Below, one piece after another: positions 1 through 9,284 of a DNA stretch of 64,000 nucleotides (position 1 is the first letter of the stretch; every line of letters starts with the position of its first letter). Position numbers and translations under genes: made by a program. The notes below the pieces were generated by a model, which was given only the letters and a program-made list of their open reading frames with translations, was not told where the DNA came from and searched no databases. The stretch is from the NCBI GenBank assembly GCA_963734545.1, contig CAVTHO010000007.1:320001-384000 (forward strand), written 5' to 3'. The stretch is from an uncultured Spirochaetota bacterium. GTDB lineage: Bacteria; Spirochaetota; Spirochaetia; SZUA-6; Fen-1364.

Positions 1-3000
1 CCTTCCGACCTGTCGAAGATTTCATATCGGTTCAATGCAAAATCTTCGAGCGCGGCGCTGCCCACCGGCCTCATTTTTCAAAGCATCCCCACGGAAGTCC
101 GGTTCATGGTTCTTGTGGACCGCAATCTCACAGGCACGAACAGGTTCAGGAATTTCTTCCCCTTCGAGGACGCAAGCACGGATCCTGATGGTCTCCTGTA
201 CGGCCCGAAAAGGGATTCGCTGACTGGCAGCCTTCCGTTCGATATCTTCTACCAGTTCCTGTCACCTGTCTCGGACATGACCCTCGAGGCAAACATTGTC
301 CCCGGATCCGTCAGCGTGCAGGTCAACGGAACGTCCGAATCCCGTATTGAAGTGGATCCGGTCTCGGGGCGCCTTACCATACTTGCCGAAGTTCTTCCCA
401 CGGACCGTATCGTCGTCACGTACAGCAAAGTCGAGCAGGGAGTTGCAGGCGGGGACATCCTGTTCGCGTGGCGGGACAAGATCCCTCTTTCCGATTCGGT
501 GAACCTTTTCTTTTCAACCGGGATCCGGTGGAACGCCAATCCATGGACGTTCTCCCAGGAGGCCTATTCGAAGTCGGGGACCATCATCGCCACGGCAGGA
601 ATCGACGGAAAGGGCGAGAACCTGTCGTACTCCGCGGAGGCGGGGATCGCGTACACAAACCCTGATACCACGGGAATCCTCAGGCTGTTCGGCATGGAAG
701 GCAACTCCACTTCGATCGACCTTTCGGAGGAAAATGCTTTCCCCGCGAGCGCGCCCTATACCTCCCTCGTCACTGAAATACCCGGACTCACGCCGGCGAA
801 TGCCCGAGGCTTGCTCTATTACCGCGATTATCGCTCGTATGGAGCGTTTGGCTCCTCGACACTCAATACGATCGACTACACAGGCTCGACGTTGATTCCC
901 TATTCGAACGGCAATCGGATGGGTCCCTACAACGTGAAAGGAAGCAGTGGCAACCTCAATTCAGAGAGCCTCGTTCTGGATTACAGGCTCGCCAGTAACG
1001 AGTGGGTGGGCACGCAGCTTCCGATCTCGCCGGGGTCCGACGCGGATCTTTCAGGTGCCCGGGCAATCACGATCCGGTTGCGGGCGCTGAACATGTCGGG
1101 CAGCAGCGTGAACGTCTCCCTCCAGATAGGCAGTGTCTCGGAGGACCTCGACGGTTCAGGCGTGCTCAAGGCTGAGACATCCTCGACACAGACGGGATTC
1201 TCATTTGTCGATCAGTCCCATGCAGGGATAACGCTCAAGGTCGGCGCAGGCCCCAAGCTGGAAGGCAACAGCAGGCTGGACTCTGAGGACCGAAACGGGA
1301 ACACCATCCTCGACCTGGAGGACGCGACCCGGGTACTGACCGCGGCGTCTTCTTCGTTCCCTATTGCTTCCGGGTCACTGAGCTCAACCTGGGCACCCTT
1401 CACGCTGCAATTGAATGACGCCGACAGGCAGAAACTCCTCCAGGCGCGCGGCGTGCGAGTGATCATCCAGGAATCGGGCGGAGGCACGGCCACGGGCCAG
1501 ATCCTTATCGATTCGATCACGATCCAGGGAACGCCGTTCTGGCCGCAGACCGCTGCCGTGGACCGCCCCAATGTCCACGTGCAGGAAGTTTCTGAGAATT
1601 TGGTCGGAACTGCCGCGGACCTGGAATCCAGGTACCCGGACAGCCTCAAGCGGTTCCATCCCGACGGAGAGCCGAACCAGGTGCTGGAGACAAGCTGGGG
1701 ATCCCCTGCCGCCGTGACAGCGCCGTTCACCGTGCAGGGCTTCGTTCCGCAGGGCACGGGCGGAATCCAATACAACACCATCGTTTCGTATGTTCGCAGC
1801 AATACAGTGGGCGCGACGTACACGTTTTCTCTCCTGGATTCCCAGTCAACGCCGCGCGGCGTTTCCTGGTCCGTGGCCGTTTCCGACAATGTGTGGCACG
1901 AGATCAAGGTCTCCCGCAATGACGGCACGGTCCGCATGGACGGCACCGTCATTGGGAGCCCTCTCAGGTTCGATTCATCCTATGAAAACCTGGCTCAGCT
2001 TACCGTCGTGGTGTCGGGCGTCCCTGTCACCGACCCTCCGCCCGGGAGCGGTCTGCTCTACATTGACGAGATCTACTGTACGGACCCCCAGGGGAGCGTC
2101 GGTGTCGCTTTCGTCGGCAATCTTTCAGCCAAGTTCCCCGGCACCGTGCTCGCTGCCGGGAATGTTCCCCTGGTCTCGAATGTGGCGCTGCGCCAGGACG
2201 TATCCCTTGTGTCAGCGGGATTCGCGCCGCTCTATGGCATTCCTTCTCCTTCGGAAGATCTCTCATCGCGTACTCAGGCGGATGCGGACCTCCTCTTCGT
2301 GCGCACGAGCGTGGACGTCCGGCTGAGGGAGGCCGCGGGGTCATTCAGCGCATCGGGGGGCCACCGGGTGAAGATCCCGGCTGATTCCTTTCCCGTGACC
2401 GTGGTCGACGCCTTTTCTCTCAACTGGGCGGGCGGGTTCTCGCGGGAGAATATGCTCGTTCTCACCCCCGGTTCCTTCCTCACATTGTCCCTCGGTACGA
2501 CCGCCAACGCAGACCCGGATGAAAGCGTCGGCACGGGACTCCTCAACCAATCCTGGCAGGCGAGCATGGCGCTGAGTCCCTTTTCGCCCCTGACGGTCAA
2601 TTCCACCCTGTCATTCTCCCAGGCGGTATCCGGATACCGGCTCCCGCTCGAATGGTACGGCGAGCGATGGGCGAGGGAGGCGGCGCTTGTGGTCCCATGG
2701 TTCGGCGGCTCGGATGTTCTGCGCAGCGAGCAGCTCGGATTCAAGACCGGGATCCCCGCGGCCCCCTTCGGCTTCAGCCTCGAAGCGGAGGCGAACACGG
2801 CGAGGAAGGAGGACAGCACGCTGACCGGGCTCAGCCAGCAGAACGACCTGTCCCTCTCCGCGGCCCTCCTGCTGCGCCTTGCCCAGGGCGGGGCATCGGA
2901 CATGAGTCTGAGCCTTGCCTACAGGAGGTTCGTCTCCGTGACGACCTCTCCTGTGCCGGGGCCCCGATTCTCCGCGGAGGCAAATGAGTACTTCGACGTT

Positions 3001-3819
3001 CTCTCGTCGCAGGCATATCTGCTGACTGCACCGCCGTTCCAGGAGCTCCTCTCCAACAACTCCGACGGGGTGCTTGCCGCCTGGGAGTCTGCAGGCGCAA
3101 CCCAGGGAATCTACAGCCCCTCCGTGCTCCTCTCGTTCCAGCGCGGCTTCGGCGCGCGGCTCATCGACCTGGTGGTGCCTTCCACGGCCGAGGTCGCGGT
3201 CGGTCAGGACCTCAAGAAGATAGCGGACCTCTCCCAGACGACCATGTACGTGCGTCCCAAGATCGGAATGAGGGCAGTGAACCTTTTCGGGCAGCTGGGC
3301 GTGTATCCGCTGCTTCCGATGGTGCGTACCGATGAGTACAGCATCAGCATGAGCGGGTCAGTGGATGGAGGCCCCGGGCTTCCGACACGTCTCTCCACCA
3401 TCTCCGCCGAGGTGTTTGCCAGCCTGACGGGCACCGGAGACGGAACCCTCACCTTCGTGGAAACCTTTCGGAGAGACCAGGCCACCACCATCACCCTGTC
3501 CAACGACTCGCAGGTGCTTCTGGAGTGGACCACCCGTCCGGAGGGAGGAGTCATTCTGCCTCTCATTCCGAAGGACATCGGCAAGACAGGATACTTCGCG
3601 CACCGTGAAAGCGTCGATGCCACGGTCAGCTACAACGACACAGGTGCTTTCCACCCGTTTACTCTCGTGCTCGGACACTCGAGCTCGATCGTGTACGACG
3701 AGCACGGGTCCATCAAGGCGAGCCTCAATCTCGGCATGGACGTTGAAGACCTCGGCGGCGCGGGGATCGCCTGGCGCCTCGCCTTCCGCGCGGCGCTGGA
3801 GGCCAAATTGACGTTCTAG
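1..3819 (+). CDS. Very large predicted outer-membrane protein with SprA-like motifs, 5' truncated by the window edge
   Basis: Frame is open from base 1 to TAG at 3817-3819 (>1270 aa). Motifs NIVPGSVSVQVNG...VDPVSGRLTI, QIGSVSEDLDG and EGNSRLDSEDRNGNTILD; amphipathic beta-strand-rich C-terminal half; ends in Phe (AKLTF). CDS is secure, the SprA link is inference. Confidence 0.75.
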   Translation, partial: PSDLSKISYRFNAKSSSAALPTGLIFQSIPTEVRFMVLVDRNLTGTNRFRNFFPFEDASTDPDGLLYGPKRDSLTGSLPFDIFYQFLSPVSDMTLEANIVPGSVSVQVNGTSESRIEVDPVSGRLTILAEVLPTDRIVVTYSKVEQGVAGGDILFAWRDKIPLSDSVNLFFSTGIRWNANPWTFSQEAYSKSGTIIATAGIDGKGENLSYSAEAGIAYTNPDTTGILRLFGMEGNSTSIDLSEENAFPASAPYTSLVTEIPGLTPANARGLLYYRDYRSYGAFGSSTLNTIDYTGSTLIPYSNGNRMGPYNVKGSSGNLNSESLVLDYRLASNEWVGTQLPISPGSDADLSGARAITIRLRALNMSGSSVNVSLQIGSVSEDLDGSGVLKAETSSTQTGFSFVDQSHAGITLKVGAGPKLEGNSRLDSEDRNGNTILDLEDATRVLTAASSSFPIASGSLSSTWAPFTLQLNDADRQKLLQARGVRVIIQESGGGTATGQILIDSITIQGTPFWPQTAAVDRPNVHVQEVSENLVGTAADLESRYPDSLKRFHPDGEPNQVLETSWGSPAAVTAPFTVQGFVPQGTGGIQYNTIVSYVRSNTVGATYTFSLLDSQSTPRGVSWSVAVSDNVWHEIKVSRNDGTVRMDGTVIGSPLRFDSSYENLAQLTVVVSGVPVTDPPPGSGLLYIDEIYCTDPQGSVGVAFVGNLSAKFPGTVLAAGNVPLVSNVALRQDVSLVSAGFAPLYGIPSPSEDLSSRTQADADLLFVRTSVDVRLREAAGSFSASGGHRVKIPADSFPVTVVDAFSLNWAGGFSRENMLVLTPGSFLTLSLGTTANADPDESVGTGLLNQSWQASMALSPFSPLTVNSTLSFSQAVSGYRLPLEWYGERWAREAALVVPWFGGSDVLRSEQLGFKTGIPAAPFGFSLEAEANTARKEDSTLTGLSQQNDLSLSAALLLRLAQGGASDMSLSLAYRRFVSVTTSPVPGPRFSAEANEYFDVLSSQAYLLTAPPFQELLSNNSDGVLAAWESAGATQGIYSPSVLLSFQRGFGARLIDLVVPSTAEVAVGQDLKKIADLSQTTMYVRPKIGMRAVNLFGQLGVYPLLPMVRTDEYSISMSGSVDGGPGLPTRLSTISAEVFASLTGTGDGTLTFVETFRRDQATTITLSNDSQVLLEWTTRPEGGVILPLIPKDIGKTGYFAHRESVDATVSYNDTGAFHPFTLVLGHSSSIVYDEHGSIKASLNLGMDVEDLGGAGIAWRLAFRAALEAKLTF

Positions 3820-3820
3820 G

Positions 3821-3918
3821 GCGCCGCGGTATTCCGCGGATTAAGGGCATTGTGGTACACCACGGATTTCCAGCACCGCGGTATTCCGCGGATTTAGCGC
3901 ATCGCGGCACTCCGCGGA
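3821..3918. repeat. Four degenerate 26-bp tandem copies of the CCGCGG-TAYW-CCGCGG hairpin repeat
   Basis: Units start at 3821, 3847, 3873 and 3899, e.g. GCGCCGCGGTATTCCGCGGATT, right after the stop codon. Confidence 0.9.
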
Positions 3919-3956
3919 CCCGGTATGCCGCGATAGCTTTCTGGGGAAGCGGGAGA

Positions 3957-3983
3957 TATAATATTCACGGGTTTTCAAGGAGG
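3957..3983 (+). promoter_or_regulatory. -10 box and ribosome-binding site
   Basis: TATAAT at 3957-3962; AAGGAGG at 3977-3983, 5 nt before ATG 3989. Confidence 0.55.
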
Positions 3984-3988
3984 TCTCC

Positions 3989-5322
3989 ATGCCTGCAGTT
4001 CTCAGACGTTGTGCGGTCATTCTGGTCCTTTGCGGTTTCGCAGTCGGACCGGCCTTCTCCCAGGAAACGCCTCCCGCCGACAGCCTCGGGTTCAAAATGT
4101 CCATGGGCATCGGTATTCAGAACTTTCACGGCCCGGTAGAGCCGGGCACGTTTTCATCGATCGGGCTCGCGCCGGATATCTCATTCGGTAAATTCGGGAT
4201 CGGCCTGGACCTGACGATCAACTACAACACGGAAAACGGCTCGCTCTATATCCGGAGGGCCGACTGGGTCGTCAACAGCTTTCAGAATTTCCTGGAGGTG
4301 TATCTCCCCAAGATCGCGTACATCCGATACGGCGTGAAGGGCGATCCTTTGTTCCTGAAGCTCGGCTCTTTCGCGGATGCGACCCTCGGCGATGGTTTCA
4401 TCATGGGAAACTACAATAACATGCTGTTCATGCCCGGACCAGCGCCACTTCGGTCTGCAGGCGGATCTGGATGGAAGACTTTTCAACGCGCCCTTCTTCG
4501 GCTTCGAATCTGTCATCGGAAATCTCGCCCGGATGGACGTGATGGGCGGGCGCTTGTATGTGCGGCCCCTTGCCGGTACCGGACCTGCCGGTTCTGAACA
4601 ACCTGGAAGTCGGTTTCACCGCAGCGATGGACACCGACCCTTTCTTCGGCACCATGTCTGTCGGCAATCCTTCCCCGATCGGCGTGATGGGCGGCGATAT
4701 TCGCGTCCCCATCGTCGACATCAAGGACGCGTTCTCTCTGCTCGCGTTCACCGATGTCGCCACCATCCAGACCAAGAGCTGGGGCGGCATGGTAGGGGTG
4801 AGCGGCAGGATCATCAGCATCTTCACGTACGGTCTCCAGCTGCGCGCGCTCGGTGAGGACTTCATCCCCGACTACTTCGGTCCCACGTACGACCTTCTGC
4901 GGGACCAGCAGTACCTCATCGTGCGGACCGGAGGATTCTCACCGGCCATGCTGGGGTGGCTGGCAAGCGTGGGCACGTCCTTCCTTGGGGACACGATTGT
5001 GTTCAGAGTCACCCTCGATGGCCCGTTCGCCCCGAGCCCCTTCACCAATCGCCTTCTGAGATACCCTCACCTGCGTGGTATATTCACAATCGCGGAGGGG
5101 GTCGTGCCGGGGATTTCATTCGATTTCAGCTACGACAAGAAAGCCCTCGCGACGCTCCCTGACCTGGTCAGCGCAGAAGATGCCGCCATTCAGGCGCAGC
5201 TCAACTTCAGGACGGGCCCCGCGGTCATATCCTTCCTCTACAAGATCGTATTCGACCCGACCCAATCCCCGCACCCGTGGCGCGTCACTTCCGGGCTGCA
5301 GAGCTCGATTGCGCTCTTCTAG
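3989..5322 (+). CDS. Exported predicted beta-barrel protein, paralogue of the C-terminal part of the next gene; two apparent frameshifts (~4435, ~4580)
   Basis: ORF pieces 3989-4597, 4377-4856 and 4558-5322 join into one protein. Signal peptide (…GPAFS-QE); C-terminal Phe (SSIALF). Confidence 0.8.
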
Positions 5323-5337
5323 GAAACGGAGGACAGT

Positions 5338-7545
5338 ATGAGGATCAGAGCCACTCTCGCGGTACTGGCAGCCCTCCTGGCGCTGCCGGGCCTGCTTTTT
5401 GCGCAGTCGGCACCTGCGGCGGCAAAGCCGCCGGCCATATCCGTGACCCTCGCCTATCACGAAGACAACAGCGGCACGTTCGACGTCAAGGACGGGAAGG
5501 GCGCATCCGTCACCATGCAGGACGGGGACGACATGCAGCTCGGCTGGACCGTGGTCACCGGCAAGGGAGACCTGGCCGAGCTGAAACTGAACCATACGGG
5601 CACGATCATCAAGATCGCCCAGAACACCAATTTCACTCTCACGCAATTGCGCTCAGAGACGGGAGGCCAGGATGTGTTCAGCCTGGCCTTCGGAAAAGTC
5701 CGTACGGTTGCCGGCAGGGCGTCCGGCAAGGACCAGTACCAGATCAGGACCCAGTCGGCGGTGTGCGGTGTGCGCGGTTCCGACATCGTGTTCGAGTACC
5801 AGGAAGGTGCTTTCGCCCGGCTCTTCACCCTCGAAGGGACGGGCTGGATCCAGAACGCCGCGGGAAACGCGATCGACGTGGCGCAGGGACTGTTCGCGGA
5901 CGCGCTGGGCGCCGCATTCACCGCGGTGCAGATCGCTCCGGACGTGCTCGGCGGTCTGGTCAGCGAGATGAAGTTCAACAGGCTGGATGTGAACGAAACC
6001 ATGGCCGTCAACAAGGCTTACCAGGAAACGCTCGGGACCCCGGCAACGGAGCCGGCACCGGGCCCGACCACGCCCCCGGCGCCGAAGACCAACTCGGCCC
6101 TGGACAACTTCATGACGGCGCTGCGCGACATCATGGGCCTCGAGATCGGCTCCGTCACCATTGGCGGCACCACGTGGGCAAAGGTGGTGCTGCAGCCGAC
6201 ATTCAAGACGGGCAATCTGAAGGCCGCGCTCTATCTGCCCCTCATCTACCACGACGACATGTTCAATCCGAGCGACTACTACAGGCCGGCGGGCAACAGG
6301 GAGTGGAGCTTCGGAACGGATCAACCGAATACCATCGCCGGCGTCGAGGACTTTGCCGTGGACGTCCTTCTCAAGATCAAGTACATCGAGTGGGGACGGC
6401 AGAGAGATCCCTTCTTCTTCAAGGTAGGAAACCTCAACGACATCACCATCGGGCACGGCCTGATCATGCGTGATTTCGCCAACGACGCCGACTTCCCCTC
6501 GGTGCGCCGCATCGGCGTGAATCTCGGCCTGGACCTCGGCGGCTTCGGAGTGGAGGCGATGGTCAACGACGCGGCAGATCCCGAGGTCTTCGGCGGCAGG
6601 ATGTACATCCGTCCGATTCCGGGCGTCAGGGCGGCTCTCGGCTTCTCGACTCTTGTGGACATCAATCCCGCCCGGGACTTCATCGATATTCCCGCCGGCG
6701 CTGTCGGTCCGGTCCCGGCGGGAAGTCCCATCTTCATCAGTCCGGGCATCGACCTTGACCTGCCGTTTGTGGAGAGTGATCCTTTCAGCCTGGTGGCTTT
6801 TGCAGACGGAGCGCTCATGCTGCCGTACTTCCGCTCCTCCCCGAGCATCGGCCTCACGGGCGGCACGGTGATCAATTCGGGGTTTGCCTCCGACGCGGTC
6901 TATGACAAGTCGGCTGCCATGCCCTTCAAGAACTGGGGATTCGCCACGGGGCTGTTTGGAAACCTGATCATCCGCGACTTGACCTGGCGGCTGGAGTTCC
7001 GTGACTACACCGGCGTATTCGTCCCGCAGTTCTACAGCTCCGGCTATGAGCGGCAGCGGAACACGCTCGTGCACAATGTGCTCGCCTACCTGCACGACCC
7101 GGCTGACCCGGTCTGGAATACCCAGAATATGGGCATCTTCGGCGAAGGCGGCATCTCGCTGGACCGGCTCTTCAGCCTCAAGCTCAGCTACTTCTGGCCC
7201 TGGGACAGGAACTCGGCGGGCGATTTCACATTCCTGAATGACGATTTCGCCGTGAAGTTCATCCTGCAGAAGGGCGTCATCCCTGTGGTCAACATCTGGG
7301 GATCCATCTCGTACGAGAGGACGAACTTCGTCCGTTCGATCCAGCACGGTGTGAATCTGTTCGATGCAAACACGGTGGTGAGCACATCGATCAATTACCC
7401 CGTGACGGATAATCTCGACGTGACGCTGCTGTACACCACCACGGCGCAGCGGGACTCGTCGGGCAACCTGGTCTATGCGAGCGCGGGAGACCTGCTGCCG
7501 AAGCTGGACACGTCGCTCTCCATCCAGATGCAGGTCCACCTCTAG
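5338..7545 (+). CDS. FecR-domain protein fused through a Pro/Thr linker to a predicted beta-barrel
   Basis: Signal peptide; FecR-type motif IRTQSAVCGVRGS; linker PATEPAPGPTTPPAP; GGAGG RBS. Confidence 0.85.
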   Translation: MRIRATLAVLAALLALPGLLFAQSAPAAAKPPAISVTLAYHEDNSGTFDVKDGKGASVTMQDGDDMQLGWTVVTGKGDLAELKLNHTGTIIKIAQNTNFTLTQLRSETGGQDVFSLAFGKVRTVAGRASGKDQYQIRTQSAVCGVRGSDIVFEYQEGAFARLFTLEGTGWIQNAAGNAIDVAQGLFADALGAAFTAVQIAPDVLGGLVSEMKFNRLDVNETMAVNKAYQETLGTPATEPAPGPTTPPAPKTNSALDNFMTALRDIMGLEIGSVTIGGTTWAKVVLQPTFKTGNLKAALYLPLIYHDDMFNPSDYYRPAGNREWSFGTDQPNTIAGVEDFAVDVLLKIKYIEWGRQRDPFFFKVGNLNDITIGHGLIMRDFANDADFPSVRRIGVNLGLDLGGFGVEAMVNDAADPEVFGGRMYIRPIPGVRAALGFSTLVDINPARDFIDIPAGAVGPVPAGSPIFISPGIDLDLPFVESDPFSLVAFADGALMLPYFRSSPSIGLTGGTVINSGFASDAVYDKSAAMPFKNWGFATGLFGNLIIRDLTWRLEFRDYTGVFVPQFYSSGYERQRNTLVHNVLAYLHDPADPVWNTQNMGIFGEGGISLDRLFSLKLSYFWPWDRNSAGDFTFLNDDFAVKFILQKGVIPVVNIWGSISYERTNFVRSIQHGVNLFDANTVVSTSINYPVTDNLDVTLLYTTTAQRDSSGNLVYASAGDLLPKLDTSLSIQMQVHL

Positions 7546-7553
7546 GCGGGCGC

Positions 7554-9248
7554 ATGCCAGTCAACACCCCTCAGCCCCGGAGGATCCGGATCCTCCGGGA
7601 CGAGGTCTCCCGAAAGATAGCGGCCGGCGAGGTGATCGACCGGCCGTTTTCCATTGTGAGGGAGCTCCTCGACAATGCAATCGACGCGGGCAGCCGTGCC
7701 GTCGACGTCCACCTGGAGGCGGGCGGACTCTCACGGGTGCGTGTCGTGGACGACGGAGCGGGCATGCCTCCGGATGACCTTGCGCTCTGCTGGCAGCCGC
7801 ACGCGACCTCGAAGATCGAAACGGAAGACGACCTGCTGCGCGTGTCCAGCCTCGGTTTCCGGGGGGAGGCGCTTTCCAGCATCGCGGTCTGCAGCCGGCT
7901 CGAGGTGGTGAGCTGTCCGGGAGGGGATGAGCCGGCGCACCGCCTGGAGGTCCGAGGCGGCAGACAGGTGCGCATGGAAGCCTGCCAGGGCCGGAAGGGG
8001 ACCGTGGTCGATGTGACCGAGCTCTTCTACAATTACCCCGCCCGGAAGAAATTCCTGCGCAGCGTTTCGGCCGAGTCCGGTCTCTGCAGGGCCATGTTCA
8101 TCGACAGGGCCGTGGCCCACCCGGGAATCGCGTTTCGCCTGGTCATCGACAATGAAATGAAGCTTTCCCTTCCCGTGGCGGAGACGGTCGACAGGATCGG
8201 GCTCGCCTACGCACAGCTCCTCGATTCGCGGATGCTGGGGCATGCGCGCGTGGACGGAGACGGTTTCAGCGTGAGGCTCGTCGCAGGCCGGCCGGAGCTG
8301 CGTCGCAGGGACCGGAGGCTTCTGCAGTGTTTTGTCAACGGGAGGCGGGTGTCGGAGTTTTCCCTCCTGCAAGCCGCCGAATACGGCTACGCGGGCTACG
8401 TGCCCGGCGGCTGGCATCCGGTGGCGTTTGTGTTCGTGGATGTGGATCCCGGGCTCATCGACTTCAACATCCACCCGGCCAAGAAAGAAGTCAGGTTCCG
8501 CAATCTTCCTGAGGTGCACAAGGCGGTCGTCGAAGCGGCCCGCATTCTGCTTGCGCCCGAGCCGGGGATGCCTGCCACGGGCGGCACGCCTTCGCGTTCC
8601 CCGTACCCTGCCGCGCAGCCGATCCGCGCCGCACAGGGGTTTTCGCTGCCTGTATCGCGTAATGCTGCGCCCGCGCCGATGCCGCAGGAAGACGGCATCA
8701 GGTTCCTCGGACAGGTTTTCGGCGTCTTTCTGGTCTTCGAGCTACCCGGCCGGCTCCTGGTTCTGGACCAGCACGCGGCGCACGAGCGGATCATTTTCGA
8801 GCGCCTCAGCGCGCGCGCGCCCGCGATGCAGGAAATGCTCTTCCCCCTCTGCTTTGACGTGTCGGAGGAGGAGGAAGCGCGCATTGTTGGCGCCGCGCAG
8901 GAGCTCGAAGAAATGGGAATCGCGGTCAGGCGCGCGGGCGCGCGCGCGTTCGAGCTGACGGCGCTCTCCGCGGACTTCCAGGCGCTGGCTGAAGAGCGGC
9001 TCGTAGAGCTCGTGCGCGGCGCGGGCGGGGAGCAGTGGCAGCACGCGTTCCGCGCCATGGCGGCCTGCAAGCTTGCCCTCAGGGAGGGAGACCGCGTGGA
9101 TCCGGTCACCGCTCATGAGCTGTGCGCGCAGGCCCTGCGGCTGCCCGTGCCGCGCTGCCCGCACGGCCGTCCCATATGGCACGAGCTGTCCGAGGAGACC
9201 CTTCTCCGCCTGGTCGACAGGCCGGCGCGGGAGAAGCCTCGAGACTGA
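7554..9248 (+). CDS. mutL: DNA mismatch repair endonuclease MutL
   Basis: KIAAGEVIDRP, ELLDNAIDAG, GFRGEALSSI; endonuclease motifs DQHAAHER and CPHGRP. Confidence 0.97.
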   Translation: MPVNTPQPRRIRILRDEVSRKIAAGEVIDRPFSIVRELLDNAIDAGSRAVDVHLEAGGLSRVRVVDDGAGMPPDDLALCWQPHATSKIETEDDLLRVSSLGFRGEALSSIAVCSRLEVVSCPGGDEPAHRLEVRGGRQVRMEACQGRKGTVVDVTELFYNYPARKKFLRSVSAESGLCRAMFIDRAVAHPGIAFRLVIDNEMKLSLPVAETVDRIGLAYAQLLDSRMLGHARVDGDGFSVRLVAGRPELRRRDRRLLQCFVNGRRVSEFSLLQAAEYGYAGYVPGGWHPVAFVFVDVDPGLIDFNIHPAKKEVRFRNLPEVHKAVVEAARILLAPEPGMPATGGTPSRSPYPAAQPIRAAQGFSLPVSRNAAPAPMPQEDGIRFLGQVFGVFLVFELPGRLLVLDQHAAHERIIFERLSARAPAMQEMLFPLCFDVSEEEEARIVGAAQELEEMGIAVRRAGARAFELTALSADFQALAEERLVELVRGAGGEQWQHAFRAMAACKLALREGDRVDPVTAHELCAQALRLPVPRCPHGRPIWHELSEETLLRLVDRPAREKPRD

Positions 9249-9284
9249 CCCTGCGGCCGGCCCCGCTCTCTCCGGCTGGTTCCT

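Noticed and set aside
5653-7539. 628-aa antisense ORF, and similar ones at 10134-11354, 14744-15871, 21168-22298, 43266-44432, 51178-52473
   Set aside because: Shadow ORFs opposite well-supported genes, expected in high-GC DNA; no recognisable motifs.
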